Shown: positions 48,069-60,200 of the stretch, one piece after another
How the letters are laid out: each line of letters begins with the position of its first letter
Numbering within the stretch: position 1 is the first letter of the stretch
Source: Camelus dromedarius
Lineage: Eukaryota
NCBI RefSeq assembly: GCF_036321535.1
Contig: NC_087447.1
Coordinates: forward strand, 38,690,001 to 38,754,000
DNA length: 64,000 nucleotides
Direction: 5' to 3'
The notes under the pieces: generated by a model
The model's database searches: none
The model's input: only the letters and a program-made list of their open reading frames with translations
Told to the model about the DNA's origin: nothing
Translations under genes and position numbers: made by a program

Positions 48069-49189
48069 ATTAAGCAATGTTTCTGAATGTGGTTAAGTAG
48101 CCATCTTTCTGTATATCTGTGCAGTGCACTTAAAGAGCTAACCATAAACTCAGCTTCCCAGCATGACACATTCCTGTAGGTTCTAGAAAACTAAGGGTTT
48201 ACTCTCCCTTATTGAATACAACACACAAGATGGAGGTTCTGGAGGCTGAAATAGTGTGGTGTTTTAATCTATAATTATCAGGATGATGATTGTGTTACAC
48301 AATGTAATTTGAAGGAAGAGAAGAGATCCTGTTCCTCCAGAAAACCCTATGATATGACTCTCCTGAAATGAACAAATGTGCAGTGTGTTCTGAGTCCCAG
48401 TGATGACTGAAGATGGCTGCTTGGCAATAAATAATACAGTCTTTTCTCTAATGACTCCTCCCAAGTGCCTCCCAAGAGAGGCCATTAAGAGACTCAAGAA
48501 ATCTAAGAAAAAAGCTTATGAAGGATTAAAAAATAATAATAATAATTTTTAAGAGGTCCATTTGGAGCTATCCTGTGAGCACATACAAGGAACTAGTTAA
48601 AAGCAAAGATTTCAGATTACAATCCCAGAGCCACCACTTATTAAATATGTGACCCCTGGCAAGTCATTTGACCTCCCCATTTGCTCATTTTTAAAATGAG
48701 ATGAATGATATTGCCTTTCTTGCAGGAATGGAGAAGAGACTAAAACATTTATCACAGTGCATGGCATACATAAAGGATTCAGGATTGTAAAGGATGATGA
48801 TGGTGGTGCTGGTGATGCTGGGGATGAAGATGATGATGATGAAAATGATGGTGATGATGATAAAGACCATGATGCTTAGGAGGCTGATTAACCAACAATG
48901 AGTTTCAAAGAGCTGGTCCTCAGGAACAATGACTGAGCTTCCAGAGAAAAAGTCTAGTAGGCGCCAATGCAGGACCACTGACAGGACTGTAATGGAGATA
49001 ATTGCCTCTGGGGATGATCATCACAGGGCTGGGATTTGGGGACATTTGGGCAAGTCCTAATCATGAACAGAGCCTTCTTGCAGCTCATCACACCCAAGAA
49101 AATGTGCCCCGTGGGGTTCCCTCAGCCCCTCCCACCCCCACACAATATAGCCTTTCAACACTGTTCTCTTTTTCTTGAATACCAATCTT

Positions 49190-49339
49190 TTTTTAATTTC
49201 TCTTTGTCCATTTTATTTTATTTATTATCTTTTTTGGTGTTGGGGTGGTAATTTATTTATTTATTATTTTTTAATGGAGGTATTGGGATTGAACCAAGGG
49301 CCTCGTGCATGCAGTCTACCACTGAGCTATTCCCTTCCC
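49190..49339 (-). mobile_element. tRNA-Ala-derived SINE with internal deletion
   Basis: ttaatggaggtattgggattgaacc...ctaccactgagctattccc; flanked by ccaatctt on both sides. Confidence 0.85.
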
Positions 49340-51030
49340 TACCCAATCTTAATTAAATGTTTATTTGCAGATTATTTGTTAAATGTCGGTCTCCCCTAAT
49401 AACTTGTAAGCTCTGTGAGAGCAGAGACCAAGTGTCTTGAACTACGCCTCTGGAGACACAGAGAGAAAAGATGTAGCCTCTGCCTTCTAGGAACACACAG
49501 TCTAATAGCTGGGAGAAAAGGAAACATCAGCAGATATTTTGTGTAACATATGATGGGTGTTTGGATGTATGAATGAAGTCCTCTGGGATCCCAGAGGAGG
49601 GAGCATCTGAGTCTACTGGGGGAATTAAAGGAGACCTCAAGGAGGAGGTGGCATCTGAGCTGCAGATTGAATGAGGTATAAGAGTCTGTCCAGTGAACAA
49701 GAGGAACAGCATCTCAGGTCGCAGGAAAGGCGTGGTGGGCCAGTCTTGGCCTTGGAAACCAAAAGTAAGTCTATATGTCATGAGTTGCAAGCTGGGAGGG
49801 AGGGTGTTATAAGAGCTAAGGGAGGAAGGTGAGAAGTGGAAGATAGCCAAAAGTCTTCAAAGCCTTGCTGAGAGGTGTGGATACTACCCTGGAGCTGAGG
49901 AGGAGGCACTGAAGGGTTTGCATTAGGGAACGTCATGTTCGTATTTATGTTCGAGGAAGGTAAGGCTGGAAGTTGTGTGATTATTGGATAACAGCCCTTT
50001 CCCCAAAACCAGCTCAAAGGCGAGGGCCTCTCTGGCCTTCCTTGTTTATATGAGGACTGAAGTTTCACACTGGAGTCTGGCCTCAAATCTCCACCCAAGG
50101 TGGAGTTCTCCCCTTCTTATTATATGAAAATTCCAGTCCCACCTAATTCCCAAATAACTTTCTGGGCCCTTCAGATGTTGGTTTGCCAACCATTTATCAT
50201 AAACTCCAGTGCATCTGCTATGCCTACTGCCCTCATTGGCTCTTGTCCAATGCCACCACCCTCCCCACTCTGCCTCTCAGTTTCAGACCCCTCTAGCCAC
50301 AACCTCAATGAGAAAGTCCCGAACCAGATTCCAGTTCTGTTACGAGGCCAGCCCCTGCCATCCGCCTGCTCTACCTTACTGAGATCCTCATCCTTTACGC
50401 CCCACACACCAATCACAATGACCTTGAGCTGCTGCCTTAACCTGTAACGTGGGACTGGTTATCAGGACTGTCGGAGCATTTCACAAGTCACAGTGGTCCC
50501 CTCCTGACTCTGTACAATTTCCATAGCTCTGGGCAGCTGCAACTCGCATGCTTCTCTTAAAAACTGGCAATTCAGCCCACCAGCGAGGAGCAAGCAGGAG
50601 ATGATGCTGGTGACGGGCTGGCAGACAGGAAGGCAGGGCTAAAAGGTGAGCAAGTGAGTATGGTGGGGTTGGACTCTGCTTTCCCCAAGATGATCTTCTT
50701 CAGAGAATGATCCCAGCATCCCCAGGAGGAGGTGAAACATCTCCCACTCCATAGTAAAGATCATGCACATTTAAGGTTGTAAGGGCTGTAGCTATGGATG
50801 TACATGGATGTAGCTAACAGACCTGGGTTCAGATTTCCCTCTGTTTACTATGTGTTACCTTGGGCTAATCATTTAATGTCTCATTGTCACAGCTGACAAT
50901 CTCCTGTAAAACGGCAGTAACAGTACTTACCTCACATTATTATTATGATGACTAATGAATTAATGTTTGTGAAGTAAGTATATATAAACTTTGCTAAATT
51001 AATAAAATAAATTTAAAAATAAATGTCTTC

Positions 51031-51316
51031 ATGGACATAGAAAACAAATTGTGGTTACTGGGGGGGAGGAGAAGTGAGAGATAGATTAGGAGATTGGGAT
51101 TAACAGATACACATTACTATATATAAAATAGATAAACCACAAGGACCTACTGTATAGCACAGGGAACTATATTCAATTTCTTGTAATGACCTGTAATGGA
51201 AAAATAATCTGAAAAAAGTATATATACGTATGCATATGTATAGCTAAATTGCTTTGCTGTACACCCAAAACTAACATTGTAAACTGACTACGCCTCAATA
51301 AAAAATAAGAATTAAA
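51031..51316 (+). mobile_element. LINE-1 3' end with TSD
   Basis: gacatagaaaacaaattgtggttac...gacctactgtatagcacagggaactat; exact 16-bp TSD aaaaataaatgtcttc at 51015-51030 and 51317-51332. Confidence 0.93.
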
Positions 51317-51689
51317 AAAAATAAATGTCTTCTCTCTAAAATACGGATCATAATTATCATTTCATGGATCTGTCATAAGGACTAAAGGATGTAAGTTTTA
51401 CGAAACACATTGCAACCACTCAGTAGAAGTTCATTCTTTCCCCCATGTGCTCTCTCATCGTGCAATACCCGGGAGCCAGGTAAGTGGGTCCTGAGCTGAC
51501 CAATATGTGGACAGGAAGAGGAATGGAGGGCAAGGACGCTCCCGAGGAATTGGAGGTATGTCAGCCAAGGGAATGTAGCTGGGACTATGGATGATAGTAG
51601 GAAGTTCTAAGGGACATAGGCTGTCTATGACCCCCACATCCTCCCCTACTCTGACCATGTGACCTTTGGGGCTATGACTCACAGTCCCC

Positions 51690-52210
51690 TCTCTCCCTCC
51701 TGAAATATTAAGTCACAGAAGTGACTGTGACCCAGATGCAGTCTGTCTCCATATCATATCCCATATCCCAGCTGGACCAATCAGAATCCTTCCTTGGGAT
51801 TTTTCAGTTTGGAATTACAAGGAAAAGGGCTTTTCTTTTAGTTACAGAACTAACTGAAAGTCTTTTCATTGAAGGTTGTTGACAGCTATCTTCTCTGTCA
51901 TTGGGAGAAAGTTTATCTGCAGTAAGAAAAATTATGCCAGCACATAGAAACATAGCCAAGAGATCAAGGATGGAAGGAGAGAGAGAAAGTGAAATGGGGG
52001 GATGGAAAGGAAATGAGAAAGGGAGAAGGGATGAGGGAGATAGAGAGAGAAAGAGAGAGGGAGAGAATGTTGTTCAGGTCCCGAGATCCATTTATACCTG
52101 AAGCCAGATCCACCCCTGGACTTTCCAAATATGGGACTCAATAATTCTATTTTTTGCTTTAGTTAGACTTTGTTCCTGTCACTTGCAGTGGAAAGACTGC
52201 TGACTAATTC
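51690..52210 (+). mobile_element. Old MaLR-type LTR (tentative)
   Basis: gtgacccag...ggaccaatcagaatccttccttgggatt...tctgtcacttgcag...tgactaat. Confidence 0.5.
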
Positions 52211-52339
52211 TGGAGCAAAGAAAGAAAATAATTCTGCCTAGACTATAAGATTCATTAACAGGCTGAAGAAACAGTATTCCTGACTAAACTAAGATGGCTG
52301 ACCAGCCGGGTGGAAGTTAGTATTTAAATGTCACTGAGG

Positions 52340-53060
52340 TAACAGAAAATTAGTTGACTTCAAAACTAATTAGATGTCAGCTTTAGAGAAAGATTCTAAG
52401 GGATGTCAGCGGGTCCTGTTCTAAGCCCTGACCTGCTCAACACTATTCAACTTCTTAGATAAAAACTTCTAAGGCTTGCTCATCAAAATTGTGGATAATC
52501 CAAAATTAGGGTATGTGGATAAATCACTCAGTGACAGAATCCAGATTCAGAAATGGTTGATGGCGACAGGGATGGACCCAAACATGCTAGACGAAGTCTC
52601 ATTAAGAGTCATGTTGAATCTTCTGTTCTAGGACCAGTTACACTGTTCAGGGAAAGGAGGGCAGCAAGCCTTCCCAACAAGTCACAGGAATGTTTTGCTG
52701 GCTGCAAGCTCAGCAAGATTCCAGAGTACGACACAGCTGCCAAAATAGCGAACACAAGACCTGGCAAGCTTAACGTAAACACGGTGTCCAGAACGAGGGA
52801 GATCGTCATACCACCATGTTCTATCCCGGTCAGAGCACATCTGGAGTCCAAAGTGCAAGGGAATAAGGAACAGCGCCCTACAAAGAACGGGTGAAGAAAC
52901 AGGGCATTTTCATCAGGAGAGAAATCATAGTAGCTACTTCCCTACAAACACCTCAAGGGCTGACGTATGGCCAAGGGGAGACCTTATTTCGCTTGATTCC
53001 AAAGGACAGAACCCGGACTGGTAGGTGGAAGTTACACAGGAGGCAGTCTTTAGCAGCACA
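52340..53060 (+). mobile_element. CR1/L3 LINE, reverse-transcriptase 3' region (decayed)
   Basis: ORF 52553-52894 contains CKLSKIPEYDTAAKIANTRPGKLNVNTVSRTREIVIPPCSIPVRAHLE, matching the CR1 pattern AAKKAN..LG.INRSI.SR.REVI.PLY..LVRPHLE. Upstream ctcatcaaaattgtggataatccaaaattagg corresponds to a decayed LIKFADDTKLG. Confidence 0.85.
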
Positions 53061-55953
53061 CACGTACAACGAGGTCCGCCCTGGCTCTGGCTCTGCTGAC
53101 CTGGGAGGGTTGTCACCTAGAGAAAGTGCACAGTTCTGCCCTCCTGACCACTCCACGGCCAAGGCAGGGGAATGCCACCATCGAGTCAGCTTTGAGGACA
53201 TTTCCACCGACCACTGTACCAGTGTTGACTGAAACAGGACAGGGCAGTGATGTGACCAGGCGCCAAAGTATGTGGGACATAGGAGGCTGGGGGTAGGGTT
53301 GGGAGAGCTGGGGATGGGGAAAAGCGCTCACAGAAGAGTGACCACCTTTTGGCCACCTTCTCTTTGGGTCTCACCATCATGCTTTAAAATAAAAAAAATT
53401 TTAAAAAAAGAAGGAATATAGATTCCTGGAATCCAGCCCTTTGTTGGGGTGGGGCCAGTGAAGATGTATGTATATATATATAGAATACATATATATATAC
53501 ACACACATACATATAGATGTAAGATGTATTTTAACTTTCCAAGTGATTCTGACGCATAGCTAGGTTTGGAAACCACACAAATGACTCCACAAAGTGCTGA
53601 TTCCAAGGAAAATCACTTTAATAACTGGTGTCTAGGTTTGATGGATCGACAATCCCCTCGGCTCTATTCTCCATGTAATGAGTCAGTGTCTGAAGCTGGT
53701 AGCTCTTTGCTCTTCTGCCTGCTGTCCTTCTGCTCCTCCCCTTTGACCCAGCCACCATCCCGCTTTCCACTAATCTCTTCCCTCCCAACAGTCTTTACCC
53801 TGGACCTGGACCATCTGCCTGCCCTCAGCCTCCAGCCAATGCCCCCAGGGCACTGAGCATCCCTTCTCTCTGCTGCCACCACCTGGAGATCCTTGCCATC
53901 TGTCCCCATCCTTTGGCCTCCCCTCTCTCTCTGGCAGAGGGAGAAATGCTTTCCCTTCCTTCCATCCAGCTCTCTTTGGGGGGGTTCTTGGGGTTTAAAT
54001 GATATGTTCATTTTTCAACAAATAATGATTTAGTGCCTGTTATGGCCACATGCTGTTCTGGGCGCTGACTATAAAATGGCAAATAAGAAAGGCAAAGTCC
54101 TTGTTCTCATAAAGCTTGTATTCTAGCTTGAGAAGGCAGATGATAAAACAAGATCATTTCAAGGTGATTCAGGGCTATGAAGAAAATAATACCAAGCACA
54201 AGGAATGGGAAACATAAACTGGTGGTCAGAGAAGCCTTTTTAAAGAGATAACACCTGAGCTGAGACTCAAAAGACAAAGATCTGGGGATGAGCATTCTAG
54301 GCATGGAGAAGAGCATATACAAAGGCACTGGGGTGGGAATGAGCTCAGTGTGTTTGGAAAATTCAAAGGTCAGGGTTGCCACTGTGAGGAGGAGGAGCAG
54401 GAGGAGAAGGAGGAGAAATAAAAGGAAATAATGAAGGAGAAGAAGGTAAAAAGGAGAAAGAGGGGAAGAAGAAGAGCTTCTTATAGCACCTAGAATCCCC
54501 ATTCAGCTTGCTTCTGAGTCTGCCCATCTTCCCACACTCCCATCCCCCCACAGAGTGGTTTGTGCTGGGAGCTTTCCCTTTCCTTCCCCCTCTCACCCAG
54601 CCCACGAGACGTATTTGCAAATATCTGGACTACAATTGTAGAAGGGATTCAAGTTATTTCCCGTGGGTCTCCTAGACCTCAGCAAATCAGTGGCTGTGAA
54701 GAGTGGCTTGTTTAAAGTTTCCCTGAACTTTTCATAGCAGTTTTGCACACTCTGTGAAAGTCAGAAGCCTCGTCTAAGCTGGCAGAGGATTTCTTGTGGT
54801 GTTACCTAACTCCTCACCCTTCCCATCCTATTAGCCTCAACTCTAGCCCAGCCAAGACACCCAGTAAAAATGGGAAATTGTATACTAACAAGAGCTGGCC
54901 AGCCACACAGAAAGCTTTATGTGACATAGTGAGCTCTCTGACACTATAGGTGCTCCAGGGAGATGCACAGGATGGATCCTGACACAACTGCACAGCATCA
55001 GAGGAAAAACAGAGAGAGGAAATGATACCTGAGATCATTTGGGCCACTTGCCACTGTGTTCAATACGTGCATGTGCGTCAGAGAGCATGAGACCAGACTC
55101 TCCGTTTCCTCCGTCCATCGTATAGTGAGTATTTCGTACTTGTCACATCAGTGTTTAAGGACAAGCAAACCAATGGTTTTATCTAGCATTCAACTGAGGA
55201 AACACTGGTCTCCTCCAACGTTGGAGGGAAAAGGAGAAGTGCTGGACTAACGGAGAAATGTCCATTTGTTTCTACTCCCCACTAACAAAATCATTTGCAG
55301 GGGCACATAAATAAGGCACAATTAATCTAGCATCCATGTTACGGTTTATGTAACATTGCAAAGGATTCTTCAGGAATAATTTTGACTTCTGGGAATTTTT
55401 TTTTCCATTGTGCTTCTTGAATCTAACCCTCAAGGAAGATGGGACTCCCTTGTACTCAAATTCTTTCTTTTCTCTTTTTCATTCTAAATGTATACCCTGA
55501 TGAGGTTTTTTCCTTTTTCTTTTCTCTGAATTTCTTCCTTCTCCTTCCCCTCCTTCCTCTCCTCCTTCTTCCTTCTCCCTGTTCTTTTCCCGCTCCCTCT
55601 CGTATTTTCTTTCTCTTTTTTTTACATTCAACATTATATTTCAGGTGCTAGCCATAGCAGTCTCTTGCATTTTCTTGCTTTATCCACTTCTTCCTTCATT
55701 TCTTTCTTCCTTTGCCACTTCCTCCTTTATTGAGGAAGAGGGTGAGACAGAACAGGCTGCTCTGACATATTAGCTCCCTTTTTCTCTTCTCAGTATGAAA
55801 CCTACAACACACACATACATCAACACTCCTTCCCCTACTGATCTTTTAGCAGGAATATCAAGTGCACACGCTGTAGAGAAAGCCCACCTAGACGACCTGT
55901 CACTGAGGAAGAGAACATGAAACATTGTTCTTACATGACTATGCATTAAAACC

Positions 55954-56743
55954 TGTGGCAGAGGTAGCTAACTGTCCCTCCAAATCCATTTTCACCTTCA
56001 TCCTTTTGAAAAATAAACCCCTCCTTCAAGTTTTCACTGGGTTTGTGGCTGCCTGGCTAAATGCTATATTTCTCAGGCTCCCTTGCAGCTAGATGTGGCC
56101 ACCTGACTAAATTCTTACCAAGCAAGTGTGTTTGGAAGTGTGGGCTGTGATTTCTGGGTCATATCATTAAGAGAAAGCTGCTTGCCCTCCACTTCCTTTC
56201 CCCTCTGCATGCTGACTGGAACTCAGATATGTGGGTTGTGAGATGGCTATAGCTATACTGTTGAGAACAACTCCTTAGAACAGCACCATCCAATAGAAGT
56301 AAACTCAACACAGGGGAAATTCACTTTACTTTTTAATGAGTATCCAGTAGGAACAAATGTAAAACAAGTAAAATGGCTGTTAACAACATATTTTATTTAG
56401 CCTACTCTATACAATTATCACTTCAATAGGAATCAATATAAAATACTATTAATGAGAAGTTTATTCTTTTTTCATCCTAATCATTCAACAACCCATGTGC
56501 CTCTTACGTTTATGGCACATCTCAATCTGGACTAGCCACATTTCAGGTAATGTGACTCATGGCTACCTGTGGACTGCAGTGCTAGAAGACGGCAGAGCAA
56601 CAAGGTGGAAGGAACCTGGGTTCCTGGTTGACCTTGTGGAACAAGCTGCCTATCATCTTGGACTTGCTATTTACCTCTTGTTTAAAACACTGTATTTTGG
56701 GCTCTCTTTGTAACATGAGCTTAGCCTGTATCCTGACTAATAC
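55954..56743 (+). mobile_element. MaLR LTR (MLT1) interrupted by a hAT element
   Basis: tgtggcagaggtagct...cccttgcagctagatgtggccacctgactaaattct...ggcagagcaacaaggtggaaggaacctgggttcctg...cctgactaataca. Confidence 0.75.
56281..56579. mobile_element. MER3/MER33-like hAT-Charlie
   Basis: cagcaccatccaatagaa...gcacatctcaatctggactagccacatttca...ggctacc; degenerate 8-bp TSD ccttagaa / tgctagaa. Confidence 0.7.
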
Positions 56744-57238
56744 AAGATGGTAAGAGTTTTCACCCCCACAGAAATTGGTACCGACCTACATTTGACATTC
56801 TGTATAACAAGCAAATGGCATATTTGTAAACATGCCAGCAATTTAGTCTGCTCTTCTAGTTGAGTCAGCCAGCTGTAGTGGAACCACGACTTAACTGTGT
56901 ATGGGGATGTACTCAAGTCCTAAACCTTGAAAAATGCCAATTAACATGCTTTCATTTTCTGTTCTGATTTTTTGTGTTTCATGAAACTTAAAGCAACAAA
57001 CAATCCACATAACCATTAAGCATTTAGCTATGTATGCATCTATTAATTTTTATTGTCAATTTGAACTAAATACTTATTTAAAGAGAGCAAAAGGTAAGAA
57101 AAATAAAGCTACATAATAAAAAAAGAGGGGAATAATGCAAGAAAAGAGGAAAAGTGGGAGAGGTCACTTACAATTAATTACAGTATCATCACCAATACTT
57201 ACAAAAAAAAATCCTAGATAAGAAATAGTTTATTTAGT

Positions 57239-57366
57239 GGGGAGGGAATAGCTCAGTGGCAGAGTGTGTCTTAGCATGCAGGAGGTCCTGGGTTCTATCC
57301 CCAGCATCTCCATTAAAAATCACTCACTCACTCAATCAATCAAATTACCACCACCCCAAAAAAGAA
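57239..57366 (+). mobile_element. tRNA-Ala-derived SINE
   Basis: ggggagggaatagctcagtggcagag...ttagcatgcaggaggtcctgggttc; flanked by agtttattta on both sides. Confidence 0.9.
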
Positions 57367-57794
57367 GGAGTTTATTTAAAAGACCTCATCCAGTTTAAAT
57401 TTTTCGGATTCTACATACGTACTTGTCAAACATATAATTTTACAGGCATAGTCATAAAATATATGCATGTAAACAAACAGCAGCCAAATAAAGTTTTTTT
57501 TTTTCTTTCCAATTTCTTTCCGTTTCCCCACAAACAAAAGGAATTGGCTAAAGATTGGCAAGGTTCTTAATGTTTCTAAATTAATCCTCTGGTTTATGGA
57601 GAAAAGCAATACTGAAGTCTATAAAAAGAAAAAAAGCAATTGTAAATAAGGACCCATCACTTCATACTTCGTGTCCTAAGACATGTCAGTTATTATCTTG
57701 ATTTGGTGTTGCTGTTTTCCTTCAGCAAAGACTCACCGCCCAGAAAGCTGAAGGTAGCTAGATGAACTCATTCTACTCCTAATTCATTTTATTG

Positions 57795-58010
57795 AGTCAG
57801 TATAGAAGACCGGTTAAGAGCACAGATTTAGGAGTTAGATATCCCTGAGTTTGTATCCTGACTCCACTGATTCTTAGCTGTGTGACTGTGGGCAAGTTAC
57901 TAAACCTCTCTGAGATTTAGTGTCCTCATCTGTAAAATAAAAATAGTAAACTGCCCCAAAGTCCTGGAAGAATAAGTGAGATGAGTAGGAAAGTACTTAA
58001 CAATGTCTCA
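57795..58010 (+). mobile_element. MIR SINE
   Basis: ggttaagagcacag...ttagctgtgtgactgtgggcaagttactaaacctctctgag...tcctcatctgtaaaat. Confidence 0.85.
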
Positions 58011-58065
58011 TCCAGTGCTAGCTGCCAAGTATTTTTCTATTTCCAAAATAATGATCTCATTATAC

Positions 58066-58070
<5 letters not shown>

Positions 58071-58103
<33 letters not shown>
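58071..58103. repeat. (TG)16 microsatellite
   Basis: Perfect run between two oppositely oriented MIRs. Confidence 0.97.
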
Positions 58104-58105
<2 letters not shown>

Positions 58106-59887
58106 CCTACTGTATGACAGTTTCCTTTGACATGGATTATTCCTAATTCTCACAGCTACACTGGCGGTGGTGGGGGAAGCAGTCTCATTTTACAGTTGGA
58201 GAAACTGTGGCTCAGAGAGGTAAAGTGGCCTGCCTGAGGTCACACAGTGAATGGGTGACTGAGCAGGAGTGGAAACAGACCCAACAGATCAAAGCCTGTG
58301 TTCTTTCTAGCAGGTGGCTGTGGGACACTCTGGGACACATATTCCCGTGGCAGTGTGTGCTCCAGAGAGAGACAAAGAAAGAGAAGGCAAAGCAGCTTTG
58401 GAGGTCTCCAAAACTCCTGGTTTAGAATAAATCCCTCAATTATGCTTGAAGCTGGACAAGCTTTTGAAACCTCAACTGGACATTCTTTCCCCCATCAAGT
58501 TCCTTGAAATTTCCCTTTAAAGAGCATCTAGGAAAAGCCACTCTCATTAGCCAGGGTCTGGCTTTATTTTCCTAATAAACAGAACTTTGGACAAACAAAA
58601 GAGCCTCTTTGATTTTCAATCAATTCTTGAACATTTCAGCTGATTTTCTCCTATTTGGCTTGAAATTGTGATCTGGGAATGGCTGGTCCTGCAAATTGTC
58701 CTCCTATAAGGGAAGCCCCTTGAGGATCCTCAACTTGTTATTTTTAATCACTGTAATCTCCTTTTCAAAGGAGGCCATGGTCAGAAACAGAGCAGGCCTT
58801 TCAGAGCTTTCTAAAGCACAATTATTGCAGAGGGAGGGGTACTGGGGGGAAGAGGGCGGGAGAGTAGAGATGTGGTGGGAGAAAGAAGGCGGTCAATATA
58901 GTACTAACAACTTGGAAAAAGGCTGAATCATCTCAATTGGATCCTGGCTGCTGGGAAGAAATCCTATGTTTCAGTATTTTTTTTAATAGTGACCATTTTA
59001 TTCCAGCCTCAAATACCCAAAGGATATACTGGGGTGGGGGGCATGGAGAGCAGAAGCTATTTGAGGATGAACCGGAATACTGAGGACAAAGGTTTGAGGC
59101 AGGAAAACAAGCCATTGTTTCCAAGGATTGTGAGGGGCCCTAATTCAGGAAAAAATAAAAAAGCAAAGAGAACACCAGGGGAATGTTAATTTCCACAGCC
59201 CTAAGTCAATACTCAGAACAGAATGTATTAGATTTACTTCTAACTATTCTAAGAAAGGATAAGCCAACAGAAAATGTTACAAACTAGGCCAGTGCCCTTT
59301 TCTTCCTAACTTTGAGTGGCGGAATCAGGTTTGCTAATCACAGAGTATTTACTCAGAGGGCCTTAGCATGGTTCCTGCAAGATCTTTCTTTCAAGATCTC
59401 TTAGCCACTGGAAAGGAGATAAGATGATTGCCCATCAACAGCCTGAGTCAGGTGTCACAGTCCAAAGGGCTAACATTTTAGGCTGGAGTAACTTGCAGGG
59501 TGAAAGTCTAGTGTTCACCTCCCTACTTGTCCCAGTTTGCACCTACTGGACATAGATACTTAAGCAGTCATGAAACCTCTCTCTCCGTGTGAACTCCAGA
59601 CACATCTCCCTCCCACTACTGGGGCCACTCACTGCCAGGGCTCAGCCAAACTGGGAGGATTCATTCGGAAAGAGAAACCCAGTAGTAGGACTCTTGGCGT
59701 GGGCTCCAGACTAGCCTAAATTACCAAGAAAACGAATCCTCCTGGTTTTAAACTAGGAATAGTCTTAGGCAAGACTCCTAATATGGAGAAATCATTCATT
59801 CATTTAATCATTCAATATTTCATGAGGACCCAGATAACGCATTCTCTGGTAGACTGGACTGAAGGAGTGCGGAGAAAATCTACTTTT

Positions 59888-59889
<2 letters not shown>

Positions 59890-59937
<48 letters not shown>
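59890..59937. repeat. (AC)24 microsatellite
   Basis: Perfect 48-bp run. Confidence 0.97.
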
Positions 59938-59939
<2 letters not shown>

Positions 59940-60019
59940 AACAAAACAAATCTGACCAAGCACATCCTTCGAGTATTAAACCATTAGGGCCGTGTTGCCA
60001 ACTCAAACTAACATACAGT

Positions 60020-60200
60020 GTAGCTCAGGCATGCTCATCTTTATACATTGATTTATTCCCGACAACTGCCCGGAGTGGTTGGATAAACAGCCGTTTTCAG
60101 TAGCTGGGAAACAGGTTCAGAGAAATTAAAGGACTTGCACAAGGTCACACAGCTACTAAATCCGAGTCCGTCTGACTCCAGAGCCATCTCTTTTCCTGCC
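60020..60200 (-). mobile_element. MIR SINE
   Basis: gggaaacaggttcagagaaattaaaggacttgcacaaggtcacacagct...gtctgactccagagcc. Confidence 0.8.

Noticed and set aside
54107..54502. Hydrophobic membrane-protein-like ORFs (also 48691-48978 and 55439-55651)
   Set aside because: Artefacts of GGA/GAT/CT low-complexity tracts and L2/MIR sequence.
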